DNA of 64,000 bases from Enoplolaimus lenunculus (taxonomy: Eukaryota): the NCBI GenBank assembly GCA_030248215.1, contig JASANG010001128.1:186001-250000 (forward strand), given 5' to 3'. The translations under genes were made by a program, and so were the position numbers. This document shows, one piece after another, positions 37,323 through 49,093 of this stretch. The notes below the pieces were generated by a model. It made no database searches and had not been told where the DNA came from. It was given only the letters and a program-made list of their open reading frames with translations. How positions within the stretch are numbered: the first letter of the stretch is position 1; each line of letters begins with the position of its first letter.

Positions 37323-40300
37323 GTTTGGTTTCTAGCGTACATTTTCAGCGGAACGTTAGTATTTCATGCAATCGAATCTTCGACGTCAGCTAAAATTGTA
37401 CTTGAGCCAGTTCAGTTCAACTCAAGCGACAAGTGTCTCGGTCGTGATTTTTGGGCAGCAATGTTTCATTCGTTGAGCTCTGCGTCGACGTTTGGTAAGT
37501 TTGAAATGGTCGGCATTCTCGGGATGTATAGCTTCACTGGCCAATGTATAGAACAGGGCCGGAACAGTAGTATAAGCGTATTTCTAAGTCTATGCCTAAA
37601 CCTAAGCCTAAGCGTAAGAATGAGCTTATACGTAAGCCTAAACCTAAGCCTAAGCAAGAAATTAGTCTAAAGCTTAAGCGTACTCTATTGCAGTCGCGCC
37701 GAAAAACGTTCGAGCCCTGTTCTATATATGGGCCGTTTCACTTTGCTACTGATAACCAGCGTCTATGGTGCAAAATTTAGCGGCAGTATTTTGTATACAT
37801 TTTGCATAGGTAATTGTCAGTAATTTTCCATAAAATTTATAAATTTGAACAAAATCAACCAGGGTGTAAACGGATAGTAAAAATAACGGAAACTGGTACA
37901 GAAAAGAGATACTAAAATATCAAAGTTTTAAAAATGTTTTACTTTTCTGCCAACAGAACTGAGGCGTGCAAACATTCACTGGACTTTCTAAAATTTTAAA
38001 GAAAAAGCGCCGGTTTCGCCGACATTTTTAAGATTTTGGATAAATTTCATAATTTCTATTACATTTCAAACAATTGCAGCATATCCGCAATGAAAAATTG
38101 CGAAAATAACCAATTTTGAGTGTAAAAATCTCATTGAATTCATCTGTATTTCTACAACGGAAACGAAAACGGACACCGGTTTTACCGGAAACGGATATCC
38201 GGTTACACCGTGAAATCTGGTCGTTGCAAACACAGGCGCGAACGATCGGAAGCCGACAAAGCAGGAACAGCAACAAAAACAAACAACAAACAGCAACAAT
38301 AGAAGGTCAAAAAACGCTGAAACAACAATCGGAACCAAGGGTACAAAATTTCGAACCTCAGATTCTGCAAAGGCCCGAGTTGGCAGGAACCGAGTAAACA
38401 TCGGGTAGTCAGAGTTATTTCAGCTAATTTTAGCCCAAAAAAGTACGCTACCGCGTAATTCGTTTTAGAAAGTTTTCAGAAGAAGACACAACCGCTAAAG
38501 TTGCGCATTTTCGTATCGACCCACCTCGTGGCTACGCACGCTTGTAGTCACAAGGTCACCGCTACAATTGCGCTGTTGAAATGAAAAGGCTTGCGGTATA
38601 CTCACCAGCGCGTACAGGTTTGAGCGCTACAATCTAATAAAACGCCGAATTCTAGGCTATAGAAGAACACGCACCGAGGGGCATCCGAACACTCCCTCCA
38701 AAGACAAAAGTTATCTGCAATTTCCAGATGATTGAAGCAAGAATATACACCAGTTTAAGTCGGTGTATGGTACGTAACTCGAACATTTTTGCGTTGGTAT
38801 GCAGTAGATGCGTACCAGACAAGCATGCAAAATCATGAAAACACAAATTTTAAGGCATAAAAAATTTACTTATCTCCCCCCCAACCTGTCACACCGACCC
38901 GCTCCTCATTCCCTGCTGCTGGAAGCTTGCTCCCCTACTCGCCAGCGGCTTAAGAAAACTCCAGTGTATGAGTCGATTACAGTGGAGACGAAACAGCCCA
39001 TTGCCCAACATCGCCAGATTTGGGATATTTTTCTGGATTCGAAACTTTGGCCCACGTAAAGATCAGGGGCGGAACGTTTTTCTGTAAGACTAGAATAAAC
39101 TAAGCTTAAGGTTTAGACTAAGGTTTTGCTTGGCTTAGGCTAAGGCTTAGGCTTAGGCTTAGGAATATGCTTATAATACTGTTCCGCCCCTGTTCTTTAC
39201 ATCGAGTTTAACATATAGGCATCAACCAACACTGAAAATCTTACGAAATTTCAACAAAATCAGTCGTCATGTGACCAGTAAAGCCAGTTCAACGTGTTCA
39301 AAGAAACAAAAATTAGCATTCAGGAGTTGAAAGGGTATAGGAAATTCGTCGAGATTTTACAGCCAGAAATGGAACTTTATTAGGGTACACTAAATTGTTT
39401 CATGGAGATTTACTGATCTGAGCGCTTCCCCTGGGTCAGCTCAGGCTACGGGCCTGGTAAGATTGTTTGGCCAATGGTTTGCAGCCGTTCGAAACCAAAA
39501 AAGCGCATGCATTTAGGTCCAAATTTAAAGATGCGACTGGTTGTGAAACTTTCACTCTTTCAGGCTACGGCCACGTTAAACCGTGTACAACAGCGTCACG
39601 TGCCCTTACAGTTGTTTACTGTATCTTTGGGCTCCCGCTAACCCTGCTGTTGCTCGCAGACGTTGGCTCAGGCCTTTGCGTAATCTTGGTCCAATTTCAA
39701 ATCACACTCGCCGGCCGAATTCAAGCGTGGCATATCGCCAAAACGGCTCACCTCCTTCCAACGTCATCGTGGACTCCGGCTCATAAACGCGGCACCTCTG
39801 TCGCAGGCGGCATACGCCTTTCATCTCGATCGCCAGTTGGCATTTCTCCTCGGTTCGTTTGCGATATGCTTGGCGAGGCAGACTCGGCGAAATATATTGA
39901 TACGGCCGAAAATTCCGGCCGCGACCCTGTGTTAAATATCAGCGACCTCGAGGAATGGACGAGTCCTGAATTGCTCCAAAGCGGGCGGACCGTCGGGACC
40001 ACTTCTTCGGCGGTGTCAACTGCAAAGACATCCGCTCATTGCTCTGTTGATATTGATCCGGATCCAAGTCCGGATGTCCGTTTATCATTTTGTGTCGCTT
40101 TAATTGCACTTCACTATTGTTGTATTACAATTTACGTTACTGTAATTGAAAATATTACACTTTGTTGGTCAATGTACTACGCTTTGATGTTTTTTGTTGC
40201 TCAAGACGTCAATTTAACTGAATACCGCTTTGCGCTGCCGCGATATTTACTCCTATTCGTTTGTTTGAGTTTAGTTTCACTGACTGCAAACGCCTTTGTC

Positions 40301-41299
40301 TACAATGTTCAAAATTTGCTGCGACGGATCAAAGACAAGCTACCGGCACGGATCCGGGAACGCAAGGAAGCTGCAATAAGCGCAGGCGATCCGGAAGCGA
40401 TTATCGATACTACTGTAGTATTGGAAGAACTTCTTCAAGAAGAAGGCACCGTTTTGACCCGAGTAAGCGTGCCTCAAAGCTCGATGAGCGAAATGAAAAC
40501 GTTTGTCACCGAGTTAAACGATCAAATTCAACGAGAAATTGTCGAACAAAGTCAACTTTTGCCTTTACCATGGACGCCAAAATTGAGCAGGATATCGCCA
40601 AAAAAATCGATTCAAAAACCGCAACTCATTTCGCGATCAGACCAGGTAAGTCTGTCACCAGTTCCAAGTGCAGTCGAGTCTGTCGTCGAGACGTGTTCAG
40701 TAGCGTGCGGCGAAAGTGTTGAAGTTTCAGAGTTGGTCAAAATCAACCAAATTCAACACAAACCAAAAACTGAAGTAAAATCAAACGCAAGTCAATGCAA
40801 CGAGGTTGATTTTTCACCGTTGATAAGTCCAAAGTTTCTTGACGTTGGGATCAATACTGAGCCTGAGATGCCATCACCCCCACCCGCGCCGGCACCACCG
40901 TTCCAGTGGAGCCCTGAACAACCGTCGTATGCTAGCGATGACCCTCCGAATGACCCGGTAATTTACAAATTTGAATCTGTTGATACTGCAGTGAATACTT
41001 CAGCACGAGTCATGACGAGCACCGCAGTTCAGGCTTGCCAGGCAGATGTTCGACCCTTAGTTTCAAGCGTGGAAACCATTACCGAGCTACAAATGATGAA
41101 TTACCAATCAGCTGCTATTCAGGCCAATATCACCACCCCGCAACCAACAAAAAGGGCTGTAGGAAGTCAGACACTTTCATTTGTATCCGTATGTAAAGTT
41201 GACGCTGGCGTTTCGGCCGTGCCGGAAACTCGAACGGTCAAAGTACAATTTCCGTCACGATACCGGTTACATCCGTATATGACGTGGCGGATGCATTGA
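37269..41299 (+). CDS. Two-pore-domain (K2P/TWK-like) potassium channel homologue with degenerate second pore, 2 exons, about 653 aa
   Basis: Exon 1 37269-37494 encodes M1 (WFLAYIFSGTLVFHAIE) and pore helix DFWAAMFHSLSSASTF, then GTAAGT. Exon 2 follows TTTCAG at 39564-41299 and gives GYGHVKPCTTASRALTVVYCIFGLPLTLLLLADVG (P1-M2 signature), a long M2-M3 loop, M3 (LSFCVALIALHYCCITIYVTVIE), M4 (YLLLFVCLSLVSLTANAF) and a long low-complexity tail. The start codon is inferred. Confidence 0.82.
37539..37734 (-). mobile_element. TTAGGC-bearing MITE in intron 1 of the K2P-like gene
   Basis: Both TIRs present; flanks GCTTCACT / GTTTCACT (7/8). Confidence 0.88.
39049..39205 (+). mobile_element. TTAGGC-bearing MITE subfamily A (short)
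   Basis: GGCCCACGTAAAGATCAGGGGCGGAACG...GTTCCGCCCCTGTTCTTTACAT. Confidence 0.8.
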
Positions 41300-42017
41300 T
41301 GACATCATCTGTGATCAAAAATGGAACCGGAAGTATATGCTTGACAATTTAATCGAGTCTTGAGTGGTAATAGCTCATTAACCAGGTCTGCCCACAGACG
41401 GCGAAGATGCCTTAGGGGGCCAGCTCCGCAACCAGGAACTGGTAGTAGAGCCAGGAGATGGCAAATCATTCCTTGAAGAGGCAAAGAACATTTTCCAAAC
41501 AAAAAAATCTTTGAATGCTGCGGAAAATATTTTCTGCCCACAGGCGGTGAACGTGCCTAAGGGGGGCGGGCAGATAGACGTGTCTTTTTATGCGGGGTTC
41601 ACGTTATAACTGGGGCAGCCTGGAACACGTTTTGTCCCTATAGCTGTGGTTCGAAGTAATATTAAGTTTCTATTTCGTTTGTTGTTTTCTTATTTGACGG
41701 TGTGGGTCGAAAAACGTCAGGTCAACCTTGTTTCACAACTTTGAGGGCTGTTAAAACAGAACCTTCGCAAGCCCTGTTAATTACTTACCTACCCAAGCGC
41801 GTCGACACAGAATTCAGTCCGACAGGGTGTAGCGTTTGGCATAATAACACGTTTTGACCACTAAGACCCAGTATTCTAAGACTGATAAATGTGCCTATTT
41901 TCTTGTTCCTCGACAAATTTCTGGAGAAGATATGTTCCATTTATCTACTTGTATACACATCATTAGCTACCCCCTGGTGGTAGAAAAGCAGGGTATCAGT
42001 TTTTGTTCTGGACATCC

Positions 42018-42245
42018 ATTGGCTGATGCACTATTTTTGTTCTGGGCCTCAATTGGCTCATGCGCTATTTTCATTCTGGGCCTCAATTGGCTGATTCGCT
42101 ATTTTCGTTCTGGGCCTCAATTGGCTGATACGCTGTATTCGTTCTGAGTCTCTATTGGCTGATGCCCTATTTTCGTTCTTTGTTTCAATTGGCTTGGCTG
42201 ATGCGCTATGTTAGATTTGCGCCTCTCAATTGGCTGATGTGCTAG
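42018..42245. repeat. 34-bp minisatellite (ATTGGCTGATGCGCTATTTTCGTTCTGGGCCTCA), about 6.5 copies
   Basis: ATTGGCT occurs at 42018, 42052, 42086, 42120, 42154 and 42188. Confidence 0.9.
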
Positions 42246-42302
42246 AATTTGGTTTGAAGAAAAGTTTGAGTTCAATTGATTCGCGGAGCATCTGTGCCCA
42301 TT

Positions 42303-45300
42303 TCAAATATCAATCTTTGTTTGTCGATGCAAAGGCCCAGCGGCAAAGCGTCGCTTTTTGGCCGAATACAATCTGTTGACGGCACAGCTGTCTTGGTTGG
42401 ATTGTATAGTAGCTAAGTAATCAACATCTTTTGCGGAATCTTCATTCGTCGACTCAATTCCATTTGACGTTGCTGCAAAATACAATTTTTTTGTGCAAGA
42501 AATCGAACGCATAGGCGCAGACAAGACAAGAGATCAGGGAATATATCCGCTGGCGAGTTTCTGGAAGGACAAACATTTCAAACAGACTTTAGAATAACCT
42601 TCTTGATCCTGAAAGTCAAAAATTGTTCCTTTATACGAGATTATGTGCTCCTAAATGAAATCCTGATACGCTCCTGATCGCAAGAGCTAATACCATAAGT
42701 CTATAGAATAGTTTCAAATAAAATTTATGAATAATCAAATTTTCGTGCGAAAACTACATTTATATCTTTATCCTTTATGTAAAGATCAGAAAGCTGGAAC
42801 GTTATTTCGTGCGACTGGAATCGAGTAAGCTTTAGACTAATTTTTTTTGCTTAGCCTTATTATGCTTCCGTTTTGGTATAAGCTCATGCTTACACTTAGG
42901 CTTAGGAATATGCTTATACTACTGTTCCGCTCCAGTTCTATGCATTGGCCATATCTTTTAAGATTGTTTCCTATCGATTTTGGATACAGAATTCAGGGAT
43001 GAGCATGAGTAAACGAAAAATCCAAACGAATCCTATAATTTTTCAGAAACCATAAACAACTGTTATTAAACCAGTAAGCAGGTCCAGTGCTGTGGAAGTC
43101 CTTCCCGACGGCCGACCCTTGTAGGTCCCATCTTGACAAAGTAAAAAAATTTTGGTTACCACGAAAATAGAGAGCAGTGAAACATTTTATTTAGATGCCC
43201 TCTCGGATCTGTTTGTGATCAATTTTTTTACACTGCAAATTCCAGTGAGTTTATTAATCAACTCAGACGGAAAGTAAGTTATTTCTGAGTTAATAACAGT
43301 AAACTTTCATCTCACTCTGAGTTGAGTTGGTTCTTTCTATGAGTTTTGTTGATGCTGTGGGAGTTGATGAACTAAATTAGAATGAGTTGAATAAACTGAC
43401 AATTGTGAGTTGTGATAGTCCTAACTGAGAACGAGCGATTCAACTCATTCTGAGCTAAAGTCAACTCACTGGAATTTACAGTGTATCGGTGTCTTTGCGC
43501 CTGTTGATAATTCTGTCTGACATCGCTAACCTTGTGCTGCCAGTAAACAAACCGGCCTATATCATTTTCTTGGAGGCTGTGAAAGATGCGCACCTCAACT
43601 ACAGAGTTTCTGCGCTGAAAACTTAACTCGAACTGTATTTTCAACCTAATCAATTAAAAAATGCGACGTAAAGATAGAATATAATTTAAAAAATTTTGAA
43701 TTTTCAACACAATTTACAATTTTAAAATAATATTAAAATATTTAAATACTTACCTTGTTGGTTGGGATGGATTTTATTGCCTGCGCTTCGATAATAACCG
43801 AGTTTGTACGCCAAATATGCAATCGGATGAAGTAAACAGCCTTTCAACGCAAGTTCACGTAACCTTTGCTCGCGAATAAACTCACAGTAGTCTGTATGGC
43901 AGTGGGGACCTATAACAATGAGCGAAATTCTCAACAGTGTGAGTCAATATATAGTACAGGTTCGTAACAGTAGTATAAGCATATTCCTAATCAAGTTTAA
44001 GCTTAAGCGTAAGAATAATCTTACATCTAAACTTAAGCATAAGCAAAAAAGTTATCCTAAAGCTTAAGCTTACTCGGCCCATGTTACTTTAAGGGGCGTC
44101 CTGGTTTCTGGTGTGTCTTTAAAAGAATGTTTAGATTCTGGGTTACATTTTTTGGCTTAGGCTTAGGAACTCATTTTTGCAACGCTTAGGCTTAGGCTTA
44201 GGAATACAATTAATCTACTGTTGCGCCCCTTACAGTAACATTGCGGCCGCTTTACTCTATGGTCGTTTTGAACAAAAACGTTCCGCCGCTAATCTTTATA
44301 TACGCCCGCTGAGGCGAAGAAAAAGGGTTTGGTCTAATGTACCTCGCATGACAATTGTTCAATGAAAAGTTGGCTCACAATGGCGGATCCACGGGGCGCC
44401 ACCCCGGCCGTGCCCCCCCAACAGCATCTCGACAAAAATTATATTGGGACTCAAAATGGGGACCCCCGTATTATTTGGTTGACTACAGTATGGGTCAAAA
44501 ATATGTTTATTACCTGTGAAATTTTGACCCCCCCCATTTTGAGATCCTGGATCCGCCACTGGTTGGCTATTCTTACATTTTTGCGCTGGTGGAAAATGGG
44601 TTCTCCAACACTTGAAAAGTGCAGGATTTTCGACAACATTACGAACAATAAGCGTTAAACAGACGATAATTGCAAATATTGCAGTTACGGTTGCGCATAC
44701 AATCATTGCAACCAACTGTCGCGGTACATCAGTTGTAGTTGATAACTGCAAAATTAAATTTCAATTTATTTCAATTGGCCTTAGAGCCTACCACAGCGAA
44801 AAATGGTGAATCAAATTGACTCTCTCCGAAATAGGCGTTTCCTGACTACACACAAACTGAGTCAAATTGGACTCCGCCACAGTCAAATTTGATTCACTGA
44901 ATCGCTCAGCCTGTCAGAGTCGAATTTGGACTCAATTTGTGTAGTCAGGAAAACCTATTTCGGAGAGAGTCAACTCGACTCACCATTTTTGCAGTGTTCC
45001 TATAGTATAAACTCCTTCAGTATGTATAGGCCTGATGAAAAATAATTTTCAAGCAGCAATGGTCTCCCCACCCACCCTACCCCACAAATTTACCTGTGGG
45101 ACGATTAATTTAATGCTCACTGCTTTCTCTTATAGTATGCCATTTGAGGAGTGAAATATCTTGTTGAGTTTGACACTTTTACAGCCATTACAACAAGCTT
45201 CAGAGCCCTGCGTCTAAAAAACATTTTCTCACACGTTTACATTCGTTCACAGAAAACATTTCCATGACCACCCTAGAACCAAAATCTTATCTACAACGCC

Positions 45301-48300
45301 TGCGTACCGTAGATGCAACACTGGTGCCCACAGAAGTGGCGACAACTGTACTTGTTGTGGATGTGGTGGTAGTAATTCCATACACATAAAAATTGTACAA
45401 ATATTCCCACGAACTACCGTAATACAGTTGTTTTTGGATCTCGACCATGGAGACGTTGTAGCCTGCTGGAGAATTGAAAACGTCGACCAGTTGAGTAAAC
45501 GGAACCAAATAATAGAGTAAAAAGTAGAAATCATCAAATGTTGCGGTTGGACGCAACTTCCAAATCGCGAAAGTCGCCGGTGCAGTGGTGTTGTAGGTTG
45601 ATGGTAATTTTGATAGCGTATCGAGAAAGGTATACACCGCATCATACGGGTAATTCTGAAAGATAAAAATTAATTTTTAATGATATTTAAAAATTAATTT
45701 TTAAACATTTTTATTAAAATTAATTTGTAGGGATTTTTAAAAATTAATTTGTGGGGATTTTTGAAAAATCATTTTTAAAAGCTTTTAAAAATTAATTTTT
45801 AAGGGTTTTTAAAAATTTATTCTGAAGAATTTCATAAAATTAATTTGTAAGAATTTCTACAAATTAATTTGTAATGATTTTTAATTAATTTATAAAGATT
45901 TTCAAAAAAATTAATTTTTCAGGATTTTCAAAAATATATTTTTTAATCCTTTTTTGAAAGAATTTAATGTCTACAACTCGCCTCAGGAGCATGCGTTATT
46001 TCGTGACAAAGGAAGCGAATCCCGAACCATATGATTACAAGTCGCACGTCTCACTCCCATTGCGTTTTCACCGTGCCACACGGAGGCGCACGGCGAGTAT
46101 AGCGCAACCCTAAGACTAAGCCAAAGTAAGAAGCGCTAATGATCACATTGGCCACAGGGCCAGTGCAAGAAATACCAGCTGTGTCAACGCGGGGAGTCTC
46201 ATTCATCTCCCCCCATTTTGTTCGATTAGCCATTATTAATGGCGCTCTCGGAGACAAATAAAATAATTTGTCTTTTGTATTTTTCAATCAAACAAGACCC
46301 CCAATCCCAGTATATTTGACCTAGTTCCCAAATTTTGAACGGTAACAATTCGAACCCATAGCAAGAGAAGATCACGGGGCGGCAGATACTCTAGAAAAAA
46401 TTCGGACACCTAGGAATGTTTGTTTGAAATCCATGAATGCCCTGGTTAATAACTTATTAAAACTGCTAGCACATTGAGCAGGCTACGATCCTCAGTTTTG
46501 GCGATTTCAATTCGTACCTGCTCTAAAAACATCAAATGGTCCATCGTTACTTGAAGTTTTGAAAACGTTTCGATCAGCCTAAGATGTTGACCTAAGCTGA
46601 TATTAGCATTTGCCAATTGGTCTTCATAGGCTTCAATCGCCGTCACAACTGGTACCGACGTACCATTAGTGTAGCGATCGAACAAATCTGACATGCTGTA
46701 AGGGGACTCAGGGTCTGTTGACAGAGACCATATAAGGTCAAGGGTGTTGGCGGTTGACTTTGACAGTGACGATGCGAAAACGAACAACCGGGAAAGATCG
46801 AAACTTGAATCGTGTTCGGCTTGGCGGATCAGCGATTGTGGCGTTAGCAGGTCGTCAGGAGACATAAAATTGTGAGCCAATATTAGTTCGACCTTACTCT
46901 GTTTGCGCAGTAAACACAGAAAAACGCTGCCTTTTAAAATAACTTGGACCAAATCAGGAATGATATATAGGTTTATGTTAATAAGATACAGAAGCCTGTC
47001 CGCCAGAGTAAATTTCGGCTCACTGAGTGACTCGGTCGAATTTGACACTGACGGAGTCGAATTTGACTCAGTTTGTGTAGTCCGGAAAAGCCTATTTCGC
47101 AGAAAGTCAATTTGACTCAACATTTTTTGCAGTATGCAATTCTTGGCTTGCGCTAATTTAAATTTTCTTACCGGTCTATGAAATTATCCCACAACGCGAT
47201 CAGCGTTTCGTCAGAGTGTCCAGTGGTCACTTTAGCGATATTTCGAACAACTGGCGCATGCTTTGCCGTATACGGAAACGTCGTATTTAGCCAGTACTCA
47301 CCAGTATAATTCGTGTGGACAGCGGTCATTCTTCGCTGCGAATCGGCTTCTTTTGCTCTGGCCTGAAAAAAGAACCAATATGGTATTTCTTACTATTAAT
47401 TTTTGAATAAAATAATACGTCATTCAATTTATCTTGCGCCCGCGTTGTGGAAAATGAAACGGTGTAAACCCGAATGGAAAATTGCACAAAAGTTAAATTT
47501 TTAATAGTAATAGGAAATTGAGAAATTGTTTTAAAAGTTAACATTTCAATTTAACACTACGGTTCTAATGTTGTCACGTTCAATTTCTCACTGCCGTATA
47601 AAATTAGTAAGCAAGTGGTATGCCATTTATTTCCACTAAAGTTAAAAACGCATTTTAAACTTCTATTTTAAAATTACAACTGAATTACTGCTCGATAAAA
47701 GATTTCTTATCAATTTCCTTCTTCACATAGTGTTTGGTTTTCAATTTACAGGTCAGGTAATGTAAACAAACAAGGAACTTTAAAATTGATTTTACTTCAA
47801 TTCAAAACTAGTGGTAAAATTTTAAACTTAGTTTAAAATTGTTTCAATTTACCACTACGTATTTCAAATCTTCTCAATTTCCAAATTGTTAAACTTTCCC
47901 AGGTGTAGTGAGAAATTGAGAGTTTCATTATCCACAACGCGGGCGCAAGATAAAGTGGACGACGCATAACCACTAAAATATGTCTATTTCGAACTTCAGT
48001 ACCCTTATTCTTAAATGTATAATTGGACTATTACCAGTTAGTGATAGGTTTTGTAACTTTTGAGTCAGTAAAAGAATGTTTTAAAAATTCTGCCAGTGAT
48101 GTAGACTTTGATTTGCATTTACAAAACTTTTTAAGTCCGTTGAAAATTTACCTACCAGGCCAAACCTTTCTTAAATCCTTTAGCGACAGGCGCATTTAAA
48201 AATCGAGTATTGTTAACATTTGTTTCTCGATGCCCTATTGGTTGGGTTTCTGAAATCTTACTTAAGTATTTACTTAAGTTATACCTACTTTAGTAACTAC

Positions 48301-49093
48301 GTAAGTCGCCGACTTAAGTAAACACTTAAATTTTCGAGGAAAAACAAACAAATGCAAAATGTGAGCAATTGCCATTTCAATTAATAGACTAAGGTCGGTA
48401 TGTCTGAACGGTTAATTTGTAATATATCAAATTCAGTCAGCGAATTCAGTATTTACTTAAACATAAGTACGCTTTTAAAAGCGACAAAATGGTTAAGTAT
48501 TTACGTAGCACGTATTTAAGTAGTAAGTTGTACTTAAGTTGGGTGAAACCCAGCCATTGGTTGGGTTTTTGAAATCTTACTTAAATATTTACTTAAGTTA
48601 TACTTAAGTAATTACTTAATTCCCCGACTTAAGTAAATACTTACATTTCCGAGCAAAACCAAAGACGCAAAATAACGGCCACTGTCATGACAAGAAACTA
48701 ATAGTTTTGCTTTATATTAAGGAGGCATCATGAGTGTAAAGTTTCAACTATACCAAGGTTAGTTTACCTGAGCGGTTAATTTGTAATATATCAAATTTAG
48801 TCAGCGACTTAACTATTTAGTTAACTTAAGTACGCTTTTAAAAACGGCAAAATAATTAAGCAATTACTTAGCCCGTACTTAAGTACGTACTTAAGTAGGG
48901 TTTCGAAAACCCAGGCGATTATGTATTACGCAATTATTTAAATTTTGACATTTTTCGCTTACAATAAAATCCATTATGTCAAAGCTTTCGACAGTATCAA
49001 TCATTGAGTCAATTGTAAAATTAACACGCGTTGTATTGTAGAGTAGAACTAAGCGAACAATGTACGCCGCTTCGGCACCGTCCATAATCATTC
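42303..49093 (-). CDS. Uncharacterised single-pass (type I-like) membrane glycoprotein, at least 7 exons, at least 523 aa; 5' end unresolved
   Basis: Minus-strand exons 49093-48963, 47362-47172, 46926-46518, 45655-45308, 44745-44577, 43909-43754, 42472-42303 join in frame with GT-AG (the 46926 acceptor and the last exon are less certain). The product has many N-x-S/T sequons, a Thr/Ser stalk (TTTTSTTSTVVATSVGTSVASTLSTTT), one hydrophobic helix (LVAMIVCATVTAIFAIIVCLTLIV) and a tail with CPHCHTDYC. No family recognised. Confidence 0.68.
43942..44308. mobile_element. Decayed subfamily A copy (minus) with a nested subfamily B copy (44076-44248, plus)
   Basis: The inner GGCCCATGTTACTTTAAGGGGCGTCC...AGTAACATTGCGGCC interrupts the AAGCTTACTCTAT motif of the outer element; that motif is duplicated on both sides. 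Confidence 0.7.
45662..45960. repeat. Degenerate AT-rich minisatellite of about 21 bp (AAAATTAATTTTTAA core)
   Basis: Recurrent AAAATTAATTT(T/G)TA units abutting the 45655 splice acceptor. Confidence 0.75.
47419..47964. mobile_element. TIR element with about 45-bp inverted ends (CGTCATTCAATTTATCTTGCGCCCGCGTTGTGGA); partial relative at about 30840-31050
   Basis: The right end TCCACAACGCGGGCGCAAGATAAAGTGGACGACG is the reverse complement of the left end. Confidence 0.7.
48243..48914. mobile_element. Two tandem copies of an ACTTAAGT-rich MITE (TGGGTTTCTGAAA...GAAACCCAG); further copies at 53390-53799 and about 54915-55232
   Basis: Inverted termini with many TACTTAAGTA palindromes; four alignable copies. 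Confidence 0.75.

Noticed and set aside
3184..37780. ORFs rich in LGLGLG / LRLRLR / KPKPKP (e.g. 3184, 5916, 5935, 21343, 23842, 26327, 28371, 33666, 37466, 37592)
   Set aside because: They are translations of (TTAGGC)n/(GCCTAA)n inside MITEs, not genes.
39467..39563. N-terminus of the 610-aa ORF (MANGLQPF...)
   Set aside because: It starts at TTG in intron sequence; the TTTCAG acceptor at 39563 joins exon 1 to complete the TFGYG pore motif.
40261..40722. 153-aa alternative-frame ORF and antisense ORFs overlapping called genes (also 5215, 6133, 7830, 45247, 60050)
   Set aside because: These are shadow ORFs of GC-richer coding exons with no independent evidence.
46927..47123. N-terminal part of the 225-aa minus-strand ORF
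   Set aside because: It runs through intron and a palindromic MITE also found at 23232 and 44791; only 46926-46518 is modelled as exon.
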